This document shows, piece after piece, positions 55,001-64,000 of a stretch of 64,000 nucleotides of DNA (the stretch's first letter is position 1; the number at the start of each line of letters is the position of its first letter). The notes beneath the pieces are model-generated. The model did not search any database and was not told where the DNA came from. It was given only the letters and a program-made list of their open reading frames with translations. Position numbers and translations under genes: made by a program. Source of the DNA: Zootoca vivipara (Eukaryota); assembly GCF_963506605.1 (NCBI RefSeq), contig NC_083282.1, positions 46,128,001-46,192,000 on the forward strand, given 5' to 3'.

Positions 55001-58000
55001 TCCACTGACAGAGGCAATATGCCTCTGAATACCTGTTGCTGGTAATCACAAGTGAGGAGACTGCTGTTGCAGTAGGTCCAGCTTATAGGCTTTCCATAGG
55101 CACCTGGCTGGCCATGTGAGAGCAGGATGCAGGAACAGATGGTCCTTTGGAGTGATCCAGCATAGCTCTGTTGATGTTGTTTTATGGTTAGCACAAGTTA
55201 TTAGTCTATCTTTAGTAGACTGCTCTAAGTTTCTTCAAATAGATATAAAGGAAAACATACTAGGGGTGGGAATCACCTAACCATCTCTGTCAGTGGAAGC
55301 CCTGCACAAAGATTTCTGCTTGCTCAATGGGTCTCCCCACCATAGCTACCAAGTTTTCCCTTTTCTCGCGAGGAAGCCTATTTAGCATAAGGGAATTTCC
55401 CTTTAAAAAAGGGAGAACTTGGCAGCTATGCTCCCCACCCCATTGATATTGCTCCATCTTAGCGGGCTGGGTCTGTAATTTCACAGCATCTCTGACTTAA
55501 CTTTAAGGTGCCATCCAAAATGGAGACTTATAATTTAAGTGGGCACACCACTGCTAATTCTACACATGCATAATATGCATATCTATATAAATAATACAAG
55601 CACATTTCTAGATTAATACCACAATGGGACTGAAACTAGCACGGAGGCCAATTCATTGCAAGTCCCCGCTCCTGGTACTTGTATGAGGATCAAATGGGAT
55701 AATAGTGATCAGCCCCAAACTGCCCACAGATGCAAAAAGAACCAATTGCTGCTAGGTTTCTAAGTATATGGCACTCTGTGATGTTAGGCTTCCTACAGGC
55801 AAAACCAGTCCTGGATTCTGAGAACTCCTGTGGTGATACAGTTCCTGGTGTTCTGGGTAAGAACAAGTCACAGCCCAGAAGCTCATTGTGTGGAGGCTGC
55901 AGCTTCCTTCAGTCTTACCTGACTAGGGCACTGCTCCCAGATGAAGACTGACTATTGCCAGAATTTCCCTTCAGTGCAAAGGTGACCACATGGGGGCTGT
56001 ATTTAGCAATGGCACAATCTTGGTTCCTGTGAAGCAGAAAAAAGTACAGCCATAAGGCAATTGTTAATCCCCAGTCTTTGGGCTGACAAGGACAAGAGAA
56101 GACCAGTTTGTGGCAGTGCTAGGTCACAAAACCACCCAGTAGCTGGAATGAATAGAAGCCTAAAAGGAAAAAAAAAGCTGGACTAAAGAGCCCAGCAAGG
56201 TCCAACTTTCCATACCAAATAGTCCCACAAAAGTACTTTGACACAGAACCAATAGAACAAATACTGTATTGTGTGGTGGGGAGACTGAGGCAAAAATTTG
56301 ATGCCCCCCCAGTCCTTGCTCTGCCTTCCCAAAGCCAGCTAAGTGAGATAACAGGCTTTGGGAGGGTCCTAGAGCACTCCAGGGAAGCACTAATGAGGCT
56401 TTGGGCAGGAGACAGGAGACAGGAAGACCCTGTCAGAGCCTTTACACCTCCTTCGCTAAGCCTAGTGCCTTGCTTATCTGGCTTTGGGAAGGCAATATGA
56501 GGGCTGGGGAGGGTGTCAAATGTTGCCCAGGGCCAACAAAACAGGCCTCGGGGGCTACATTAGACCACACAGTTCCAGGCAGTACACAGGGAGCCATGGC
56601 CTGTGCTCATGTCAATGTGGGGAAATTCAACACAAGGGGAGCTATTTAAAAGTAAGTAAACAAATGCAGAATTTTAGGTTGTGACTGAGAGATAGTACAG
56701 TAGAAAGGTTTGAAGGGTGTGAAGGGATTCTCCGATATGGCAACATGGTACAAACAACTCCAGCATGAGGAGTTTGAGAGCTCATCCCTTACTAGCCAGC
56801 CTGTTCTATTCCATGCCTTCATTGGTTACACAGGGCTAAGGCAGGGAGCAAATCCTCAGGCAAGGGTTCCAGCAGGTGCTGATCCCAGTGCTCACTCGGA
56901 TGAATGCTCACTTTGAACTTGGAGGTGGGACATAATCCCAGCCTCAGGCTATGGACTGAACACACCATAAAAAACAAACGCACTAGCAGGACTGGCATTC
57001 TTGACAGAGGCACTCAGGAATGTGATTCCTGCATGATGTAAAGGGAGTTAAGTGGGAATGACAAAGGCTATATGGCTGAGCCCCAAAGAATGGTAATGTA
57101 AGGCTGGAATTAATTCTACAGATAAAAAAGACAAGAGAGACACACAAACTGACAAGCTGCACTTGAATGGGGAGCGCAAGTTACAGATGGAGGTGTATGG
57201 TGCAAACATATGTTTGGCACAAGTTATTTTCGCTGGACATCGGCCATCTGAGTGGCAGTCATGTTGAAACTATACTGGAACTGCCAATTAAATTGCATTG
57301 GAACTGATATTTCCTACGTAGTAAGCATTTCTGAAACAGTCACCCTTAGAAGGCAAAGGGAGAAAGAATACTGCGTCAATAGTGTAAACATATAGTTTAG
57401 TCACTAGGTGGCACTGGACTTATGTATATCTGAGTGGAATCAGAGGTTTCCCCCCCATCCTGTTGCTGTTGAAGTAAGTTATTCTCTAGCCTCCTAACTG
57501 ATTTGTCTCATGAAACTAAGCCTTTCATAACAAATAATGGCTTCCTCAATCTGGACTATCAAAAGATGATATAAAACTCACCCATTCCAAACACATAAAT
57601 ACCACCAGCCACAACAGTTGGAAACTAATGGGCTCATTCTTATATCAAATAGGCTTCAGGTCTTAAGATATTCTGCTTGCTTGTCTTCTATCCCTACTAC
57701 TTGCTCCCCCTCAACTCAGCCCTTAATTCTCTCAAGTCCCTTTTCTTCTGATCTCTCCAGTACCTGCCTTCCTGCAATGCCTTCTGCTGTAGACCAATTA
57801 GAAGAAGGCGGATCTCCTCCCTCACCAGCTCCTTGAGGTTGGGGGGAGCTGCCAGCAAGGCCCAGCTGTCAGCTGCTTGCAGTGGGCTTTGTTCCACTCC
57901 AAGGGGGGCTGACTGCAACTCCTGATGGAATTCCAACAGTGTTTGCACCTGTAAATAGGGAAGGGGTTGGACTGCATTAGGAACAGTGCATAGCCACATG

Positions 58001-59823
58001 CAGAAATTCACACATGTGCACATTGACACAAACTGTAATAACTTTCTCAAAGTAATCTTGCCCCCAGCCTCCACCTCCCCAAATGATGAAGCACTGACAC
58101 AACCTAAAAATACAAGTTGCACATCTGGAAATCAAGCCAGGTGCCTGCCTGCAAGAAAAGAAAACCAATACCTAGCCATGGGTTAACTACTCACCTGATG
58201 GTAGACAATTACATTTCATAAAGGCCACAGTCAGGGAACTGAAAACTTTTCAGAAGTATGTCATGCATCAAGGGAATAAAAGATGCCTAACATTGCATCT
58301 GCCCTAAGACTGGGAATAGACTATAAGGCTATTAGTTTATGTGAAGAGTATTTTAGGGTTAAGAGTGAAGCTTTTAGGATTTTTTTTTTTATAAAAAAAA
58401 CCCTTTCGCAGAAAGTGGGCAAAGTTGCCTGCAGAAGATAAGAACAGCAGGCAGGACACTGTCATTCCAATGTAGTTGGCAAGAGGGCACTGCATTGTTG
58501 CCGTCTGTACACTCCATAAAAGGTGCAAAGCTGCAGACAGCCCACCCACAATCATTCCCTCCCTCCCCCCATGAGGAAAGTCAAGGTCATGCCGCAAAAA
58601 TATCTGCAGGATATTTGTAAGGCAAGCGAGTGCCAGAACTCCCTTTCTGGCCCCACACATCCACAAGCGGAACGTTATGGTACAGCTGCTTCCCTGGGCG
58701 GCCTCTCAGATATCCAGTTAGGGAAGGGAGCAGAGACACATACAAGAACACAGCAGGGAGACAGGCAGTACCTGGGTCACATTTATCAGGCTTGTGATGA
58801 AGAGGTAATAGACAGCCAGGTGAGAGACCCCATAAAGGCTGGGAAGGGGTCACTAGTCACGAAGTTGGGGTGTGTGGGGGCTGGATCTCAAGCAAAGCTC
58901 TAACATGAAGAAGTGATAGAGAGAAAAAGGTGCCATCTGGTCAGGGTGTGCTATGCTTGCTCTTCTGGTTTCAGGAGGAGGTAAGGCAATTACCATGTGA
59001 AAAGCCTTTGGGATGTTTACTGTTCTACTCAGCTGCAGTCAGGACCATGCTGAATAAAGAAAGGGCATGAATGGCTGGAGGAGAACAAAGGGCCTGGAAT
59101 AGCATGGATTAGGGGCTCTGGCCAAGCATTAGGAACCAGCTGAGCTGGGAGCTGGCAAATGGGGACCGTGTCAAACAGGGAGGGGGTGGTTGCAACATTT
59201 AATTTTTTATCCTTGACTTGCCTTCTCAGATATGCTTTCCTTTCACTGAAATTAAACAGCATTTAAATCAGGTGTAAGTGGCAAACCAGAGGCTTTCTCC
59301 ATAAAAGATCATTGTACACATGAATGCCACTCTATATGAAAATGCATGTGTGCCAAAACTAGTGGCCAGTGCTCAGTGGAAGGGGGCTTAATCCAATTTA
59401 TAAGCCCTCCCTTAGTTCCACTCAATTTTAGCTCTGTCCACTCCACTCAATCTATAGTCATAAAAGGTGGGCCCTTTCATCAGTCAAACCCCCTTACAAA
59501 ATTAGTGCTGCCTTTTTAGGTGATGAGACTTAGATTTGATGCTTTATTCAGATATTCCTTTGTCACCAGCCACTTCTAAATTGTGTAGTAAGAGGGGTGG
59601 TTTGTTTGTTTGTTCTGCTCTTTTGTGAATCATTTTGAATAGGAGATCCAGTATTTCGGTACTTAACCTCAGCATGAAGTTCCAAGCTCCGTTCCACAAG
59701 GCCATGACCCAAGATAGCTTTCGCCTCAAGCCTCTCACTGGGTGCTAATTGTTCCTCTACCATTCTCCAGAGTGATGGTACTGACTGGAAGGGTTCCCCA
59801 GATGCACCAGGCAAGGGTGACAT
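47374..59823 (-). CDS. CCDC24: Coiled-coil domain-containing protein 24, whole spliced CDS
   Basis: complement(join(59668-59823,57764-57948,55919-56026,51292-51378,50263-50317,48431-48500,48115-48235,47374-47743)) = 1152 nt, 383 aa, all phases compatible. Blocks PSLWRMVEEQ, SLELHAEV, LLAAPPNLKELVREEIR, KYSPHVVTFAL, KLNIAHISEVASQLR, LLENECCDLER and EPTMAELQEEKRAMERDLQ match human CCDC24 as recalled. Tail-to-tail synteny with SLC6A9 is as in human. Confidence 0.9.
48115..48235 (-). CDS. CCDC24: CCDC24 exon (ELQEEKRAMERDLQ...QPQF), 121 nt
   Basis: ccacag| and AG|gtaagc. Confidence 0.88.
48431..48500 (-). CDS. CCDC24: CCDC24 exon (CQLEEAHQHATELLEATHEPTMA), 70 nt
   Basis: ccacag| and G|gtatgt. 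Confidence 0.88.
49047..49097. repeat. (AAT)n microsatellite
   Basis: Directly visible. Confidence 0.95.
49266..49469. other. Assembly gap (204 N) in a CCDC24 intron
   Basis: Run of N; the flanking exon phases are compatible, so no coding exon needs to be hidden in it. Confidence 0.99.
49470..49705 (-). mobile_element. MIR-like tRNA SINE, little diverged
   Basis: Antisense ccagtgtggtgtagtggttaag...gaaccgggttc head with the tail abutting the gap. Confidence 0.75.
50263..50317 (-). CDS. CCDC24: CCDC24 exon (TLLENECCDLERYIPYLQ), 55 nt
   Basis: ttctag| and CAG|gtaagg. Confidence 0.9.
51292..51378 (-). CDS. CCDC24: CCDC24 exon (PLFSRTANLESFCNKLNIAHISEVASQLR), 87 nt
   Basis: ccttag| and CG|gtaagt; a second in-frame acceptor lies 15 nt downstream. 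Confidence 0.85.
51625..53346 (+). mobile_element. Internally deleted L1-clade LINE
   Basis: ORF2 pieces FYEYGGKNSRLLA and WTRMW...YRWHLTP...CLRGCTSAGTYLHTWWKCPIIQPFW (Cys/His knuckle), A-rich plus strand, A-rich tail with AATAAA; no RT core seen. Left boundary approximate. Confidence 0.82.
53754..53890. mobile_element. hAT MITE
   Basis: Palindromic, 8-bp TSD GTCAAGAG; same family as 39562-39697. Confidence 0.85.
54155..54549 (-). mobile_element. Tc1/mariner (Tigger-like) MITE related to 26484-26820
   Basis: CAGTGGAACCTCGG ... CCGAGGTACCACTG|TA; its interior is the reverse complement of the 26484 element's repeat unit. Confidence 0.88.
54781..54939. mobile_element. hAT MITE
   Basis: 8-bp TSD ATACAAAT (54773-54780 and 54940-54947); degenerate TIR cagaagtgccagct / agttggtacctatg. 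Confidence 0.72.
55919..56026 (-). CDS. CCDC24: CCDC24 exon (NQDCAIAKYSPHVVTFAL...), 108 nt
   Basis: tcacag| and AG|gtaaga; absent from the ORF track. Confidence 0.88.
57764..57948 (-). CDS. CCDC24: CCDC24 exon (VQTLLEF...KALQEGR), 185 nt
   Basis: ttacag| and AG|gtactg. Confidence 0.9.
59668..59823 (-). CDS. CCDC24: CCDC24 first coding exon (MSPLPG...SLELHAE)
   Basis: The acceptor tttcctttaaag| puts the exon start at 59855; ATG at 59823; donor GAG|gttaag. The start is slightly uncertain because the frame is open back to the acceptor. Confidence 0.85.
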
Positions 59824-61424
59824 GGGTGCTTTATCCGATTCCACGATAAATGAAGCTTTAAAGGAAAAAAAGGTTGTGCCAATGAGACAGTGAGTAGAAG
59901 CTCCACATCACAACTACTCGGTGCCACATGCAGTGGTGCACCTAGGTAATTTTAGACACTGAACTTAATGGGCTGCTGCCCTCCCAAGATTCACAAATAT
60001 TATTGAAAAGCATTGAAAGTATTCAATTCTGAGGTTCTGCCCCCCCCCAACAGAAGCCTGGTCCCCCGCAATGTCCTATTTATGAGCTATTTTCACCCAT
60101 GATTTCCCAAGAAAAGCTCAACAACTTTGTCCCTCCCCAACTAAAATCCTGGCCACATCCATGGTTTTACACTCCTCTCCCATTAGACAGCCACACATAT
60201 TACATTTGTCAGTTGTCAGTCGTAAGGTAAGCCATTCCCATGTTTTACAACTGCTCCTACATTCCTGATACACAATAAATAAATGGTTGTGAAATACTCT
60301 GAGCATGAACAGTTTCACATTCTAAACTCACTTAAGTCATAGCACTAGCATTACAGGAATACAATGGAATTTGCTTCTGCTGCCCTGATGTTAAACACAT
60401 ATTTGGGGGGAGAAAGCACCAAGGATGAAAGTAAAAGTAAAAAATTGGACTATATGGAGAAGAACTGTAGAAGTTTAAAGACACTTGCAGGACTGAAATA
60501 AATCCTACAAATTGACTTTAAGTAGAAGGAATAAAGGAACTGTGAGATAGGAATGGATAAGAAAACCGATTGGGGGGAAGGAGGGAAGTCAAAGCTTGGC
60601 AGAGCAAAGAAAATTGTAATAATTGATAAGATGCTAAGAAGAAAATTGTTTGTGTTTATTATGTTTATTATGTGTTGTTGTGTTTGTGGTTGTATGTTTT
60701 GTTTTTGTTTAAATGTGTTTAATTGGAAATTTTAATAGTCTTTAAAAAAATAAAAAATAAAGAAAGTAAAAGTAAAAAATAAAATATAGTGCCATGTACA
60801 TGCCTGTCTAACCACCCTCTGACTAAAACTGTTGTAGAAAATAAGGATGTGGCTGTGAGTACCATCAGCCCCAATAGACCACAACATGCCCATCATGCCA
60901 GCCCAGGTGTTGCCACAGGTCGTTTGTTCCTGACTCCATCACCTGACACTCTCTAGATGGCCATTTGAGGCACCTCATTTTTGTGGGGCTCTGTACTTTC
61001 CCCGCGTTGCACTACTGTCTACAAATCATGTTACTTGCACTCACCTTTCTCCCACGTTGGCCACCAGAGAATAACTGCATATAATTTTTCCTGCTCCCCA
61101 TATACCAAACTCATACCTTCACATTAACCCCCAGAGCCACATTAATTCCCGTTAATCGTTATAGCCTCAAATGTAACCTATTGCCCATTATCCCCCCCCC
61201 GGTAGTTGCTCCCCAGTGCTTAACTCACCTACGTCTCGGCCCACCGAGCCCACTTCCGCCCCAGGCCTTTTACTCTCCCCACACTTCCTACGGACTCACG
61301 GATATAACTCTGCGGTAGCCCTCACCTGCGACACCGGGCGGAGGGGCGGAGGGCCAGGCGTCTTGCCCTATCCGATTCCCCTCCCCCCTCTGCCCCCTCC
61401 AGCTCTCTGGAATATAAACTCGCC

Positions 61425-61438
61425 GTCTCCATGGAAAC
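61425..61438. promoter_or_regulatory. RFX X-box GTCTCCATGGAAAC
   Basis: 14-bp imperfect palindrome of the GTYNCCATGGNAAC type near the inferred CCDC24 transcription start. Confidence 0.55.
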
Positions 61439-62232
61439 GCCCCGCCGCGTTCCTCTGAAGCCTCGCCTCTTAAAGGAGCCGTGCCCAGGAGGCAGTCAGG
61501 ATGTCGGTCGAGCGTGGAGACGGGGATTCCGTGGGAAGGAAGCGTGTGCATTGAAGCTATTGGCGCGCCCGCGCATGCATCCAAGCAATCAGAGGTAAAG
61601 AGCAGTCACGCGTCCGCCAGTTTTGATTCGGGAGTGGTCCCAGTGGCTTTACGCTTTGGCAACAGTACAGTATTGAGAAACTTCTTTCTTTGCCCATTGA
61701 TGTTCCTAGGAATAGGGGGGGGGAGGGAGAGAGAGAGAGAGATCCAGCGCCGCGCGTGTTTTGGGAGGCCACGGAGACTGGGAACTGTGGAGACGCAGCA
61801 TTGGCTCCCCGGATGAGTGTTCGAGGGGTTTGGAGTGGAGCGAGCCGGGCACGAACGAAGAGGAGAGCACAGTGGACTTAGGCTTTTCCTGAGGTGCAGA
61901 TAGAGGGCAAGGTCCCTCCCACCGCCCCGGTCCCGCCCGCTCCGTTGGGGAGGGGGTGCTGTGCCCCTGGGCGGGCTCGGGTTGCAAGAAGGGGCGGGCC
62001 AGGCCGGGCGGCGGCTGCACAAAGGCCGAGGCACGCCAGGGCGGTTATTAGCCGCAGCTTCAGCAGGCAACCTCCCGGCGGGACCCCGCGGGCGGCGTTG
62101 GGGCGGACTGGATGCCCACTCTCCCCGCCAGCTCTCCTCCGCTTCGCTCCCCTACTGCTGCTGCTGCTGCTGCTACTCTGCTCCTCCCTCTCGCCAACTC
62201 CCATGCCCATCACCTGTCCCTCGAGTTCAGCG

Positions 62233-62559
62233 ATGCCCTTTCCGTTGGCACAGCTGAGCTTAGCGCCGCTGCTGCTGCTGCTGACTCTGGTGCCCATCCC
62301 AGGACTGGCAGGGCCAGTGACCACGTGCGATGCCAACGGGAGCCTGTACTACGTTGGGGAGTGGTATTTCCTGGACAGTGACCACTGCACCCAGTGCGAG
62401 TGCACAGCGGAGGGGCCCGCCTGCGCCCGCACGGACTGCACCTCTCTGCCACCTGCCTGCATTCACGTCAGCCACTACCCCAGCGACTGCTGCCCACGCT
62501 GCGAAAGGGTTGGCTGCGAGCACCGTGGACAAGTGTATGAGCTGGGGCAGCATTTCCAG
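62233..62559 (+). CDS. First coding exon of a secreted VWC-domain protein, brorin (VWC2/VWC2L)-like paralog; the gene continues beyond the window
   Basis: Signal peptide MPFPLAQLSLAPLLLLLTLVPIPGLAG, then a full 10-Cys VWC domain (CDANGSLYYVGEWYFLDSDHCTQCECTAEGPACARTDCTSLPPACIHVSHYPSDCCPRC) and the start of a second (GCEHRGQVYELGQHFQ); donor CAG|gtaagg, phase 0. An alternative in-frame ATG lies at 62203. Confidence 0.88.
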
Positions 62560-63028
62560 GTAAGGCATACACGGGAGAATTAGGCAAAGGGGTGAGATGG
62601 GGGTGGCATGAGAAGGAATCTAGAGCGAGGTGGGCAGGGTTGGGTGGGTGATGGATGGGCAAATGAGGATATTCAAAAGCAGGAGAAAAGGCGAATGCTC
62701 CTGAAAAAGGCACTGTCTAAGAATCGCAAGCGGTCACTTCTGTTTCTTAAATCTTGTTCTTAAAGGGAGGCCTAGGCAGGAGAGTAAGGGACTGGAAGCA
62801 GGAATTCTGGGTGTCTCTTTATAGTTTGTTCATTACTGGCTGAAGGCAGCAAAATAAAATACAAACAAAACTGATAAATTGCATTTTTCCAAAGTGGGTG
62901 AGAAGCACCAAATCAAAAGTGCTCTATGAAGCTGGAGGTACTCTTAAGATGTTCCCATAAAACCAAAGCTCTTTGATAATTCAGAAGGCAATTTTATTGG
63001 CTCTAGTACCTAGCTGAGCATCCTTTGA

Positions 63029-63296
63029 CAGGGGTGGCCGACTCCAAAGAGACTGCAATCTACTCACAGAGTTAAAAACTCGCAGTGATCTACCCCCTTT
63101 TGGGGGGTTCAGGTCAAAGTTGTTGAGATTTTCTGAGGCGGGAGGAAAGCCCTCTTTTGGGGGGGTTAAGGGCTAAAATGTTGAGCATTTTTTAGGGGAG
63201 CCAAAGTTGTTGAGCTTCTTTGGGGGGAGCCAGTGATCTACCACAGACGTCCAGTGATCTACCGGTAGATCACGATCTACCTGTTGGACGTGCCTG
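63029..63296. mobile_element. hAT-like non-autonomous element
   Basis: caggggtggcc ... ggacgtgcctg ends with internal gatctac and aagttgttgag repeats; no clear TSD. Confidence 0.6.
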
Positions 63297-63879
63297 GACT
63301 AATTGAATTTCATTTTCATCCATTTCTTAGGCCTGACATTGACCAGTTCAGCACCTTGCTTCTGGCTATTGTCTGTCGCTGCCAAAAATGTGTGTAGTTT
63401 ATTTTAGGACCTGAGTCACAGACCAAACAATCTCTAGCATGGCTGACTCGGACAATTGAGGGTGGGTGGAGAAAGGATTATTTTTGGCACTAGGCCTGCA
63501 CTAGCCGAAGAGAGTCAAATTCTGGTCCCGAGGCTGCAGGTGGAAGATCAAAGCCCTCCATTCCTGGGCTCCATGGCTCTTTGGATAGCATGAATTGAGC
63601 GTTTGCAAAAATAAGTGCATTGATGAAGAAGCTACATATAGTCAAAGAATGGGCAGTGGGGTTCTTCCTAGGTGAATTGTCTATTACCTAAACACCAAAT
63701 TTATCGTGTGTCTGTTCGATGCCTGGTCTCTCTTGGCCTGTCCCATTTACCCAAACACAAAATTCTATTGAAAGGCACACAGAAAGTAAATGCTTTCTGC
63801 AAAGCCATATTGAGCCATAGTCCCACCCCCCCCAAAAAAACCTACTTTAATATGGCCAACCAAAATATCATAAAATAGC

Positions 63880-64000
63880 AAAATAAAAAAATTCCTTCAG
63901 TAGCACCTTAAAGACCAACTAAGTTTTTATTTTGGTATGAGCTTTCGTGTGCATGCACACTTCTTCAGATACAGTGAAATGGAAGTTTCCAGGCACTTAT
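63880..64000 (-). mobile_element. Penelope-like element terminal repeat (runs off the window)
   Basis: About 85 bp identical to 12706-12790 apart from A-run length; contains the hammerhead motif and the gtagcaccttaaagaccaac terminal motif typical of reptile Penelope elements. Confidence 0.75.
63935..63972 (-). ncRNA. Minimal type I hammerhead ribozyme inside a Penelope-like element
   Basis: The minus strand reads GUAU CUGAAGA A GUGUGCAUGCACAC GAAA GCUC AUAC: helix I GUAU/AUAC, core CUGANGA and GAAA, stem II hairpin, palindromic AGCU in place of helix III. Confidence 0.75.

Larger units (their letters stand above)
53899..55190 (+). mobile_element. Old CR1 LINE 3' fragment interrupted by two MITEs
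   Basis: ccacacttggagtacc...aaaaaggatattgcagagctggaaaaggttcagaaaagagctaccaaaatg and the later caaattcatggaagataagg continue across the insertions. Confidence 0.82.
61190..62560. promoter_or_regulatory. CpG island / bidirectional promoter for CCDC24 (-) and the VWC gene (+)
   Basis: By eye the most CpG-dense region of the window; GC boxes (GGGGCGG near 61343, 61991, 62100), ATTGG/TTGGCGCG near 61559; minus-strand donor sites (AG|gtgag) ending exons at 61326 and 61229 are candidates for a non-coding CCDC24 exon 1. Confidence 0.8.

Noticed and set aside
61326-61432. Upstream coding exon for CCDC24 from the ATG at 61432 (-)
   Set aside because: It ends in phase 2 while the next exon needs phase 1; reading on to the 61229 donor hits TGA. 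At most a uORF.
63347-63367. REST/RE1 site TTCAGCACC in the VWC gene intron
   Set aside because: Only the left half-site is present; the GGACAG half is missing.

Overview
Vertebrate genomic DNA, most likely a squamate reptile (Sauria SINE, CR1, L2, Penelope and hAT/Tc1 MITE content; lacertid-like by inference). It holds three spliced protein-coding genes that the six-frame ORF track only catches in fragments. (1) SLC6A9 (GlyT1 glycine transporter), + strand: a complete 13-coding-exon GlyT1a CDS from 2021 to 44845 (1911 nt, 636 aa), an alternative GlyT1b-type first exon at 18546-18581, a GC-AG intron and a ~2.2 kb 3'UTR. (2) CCDC24, - strand: 8 coding exons from 59823 to 47374 (383 aa), tail-to-tail with SLC6A9. 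(3) The first coding exon (62233-62559, +) of a secreted von Willebrand factor C domain protein related to, but clearly distinct from, brorin (VWC2/VWC2L), head-to-head with CCDC24 across a CpG island. The best leads are this third brorin-family gene, an intact minimal hammerhead ribozyme in a Penelope retroelement at the right edge, overlapping poly(A) signals shared by the two convergent genes, a GlyT1b exon whose in-frame upstream ORF is cut by a single TAG, and 8-mer sites for miR-30/7/96/137 in the GlyT1 3'UTR. There is a 204-N assembly gap at 49266-49469. All comparisons with human proteins are from memory, not from database searches.
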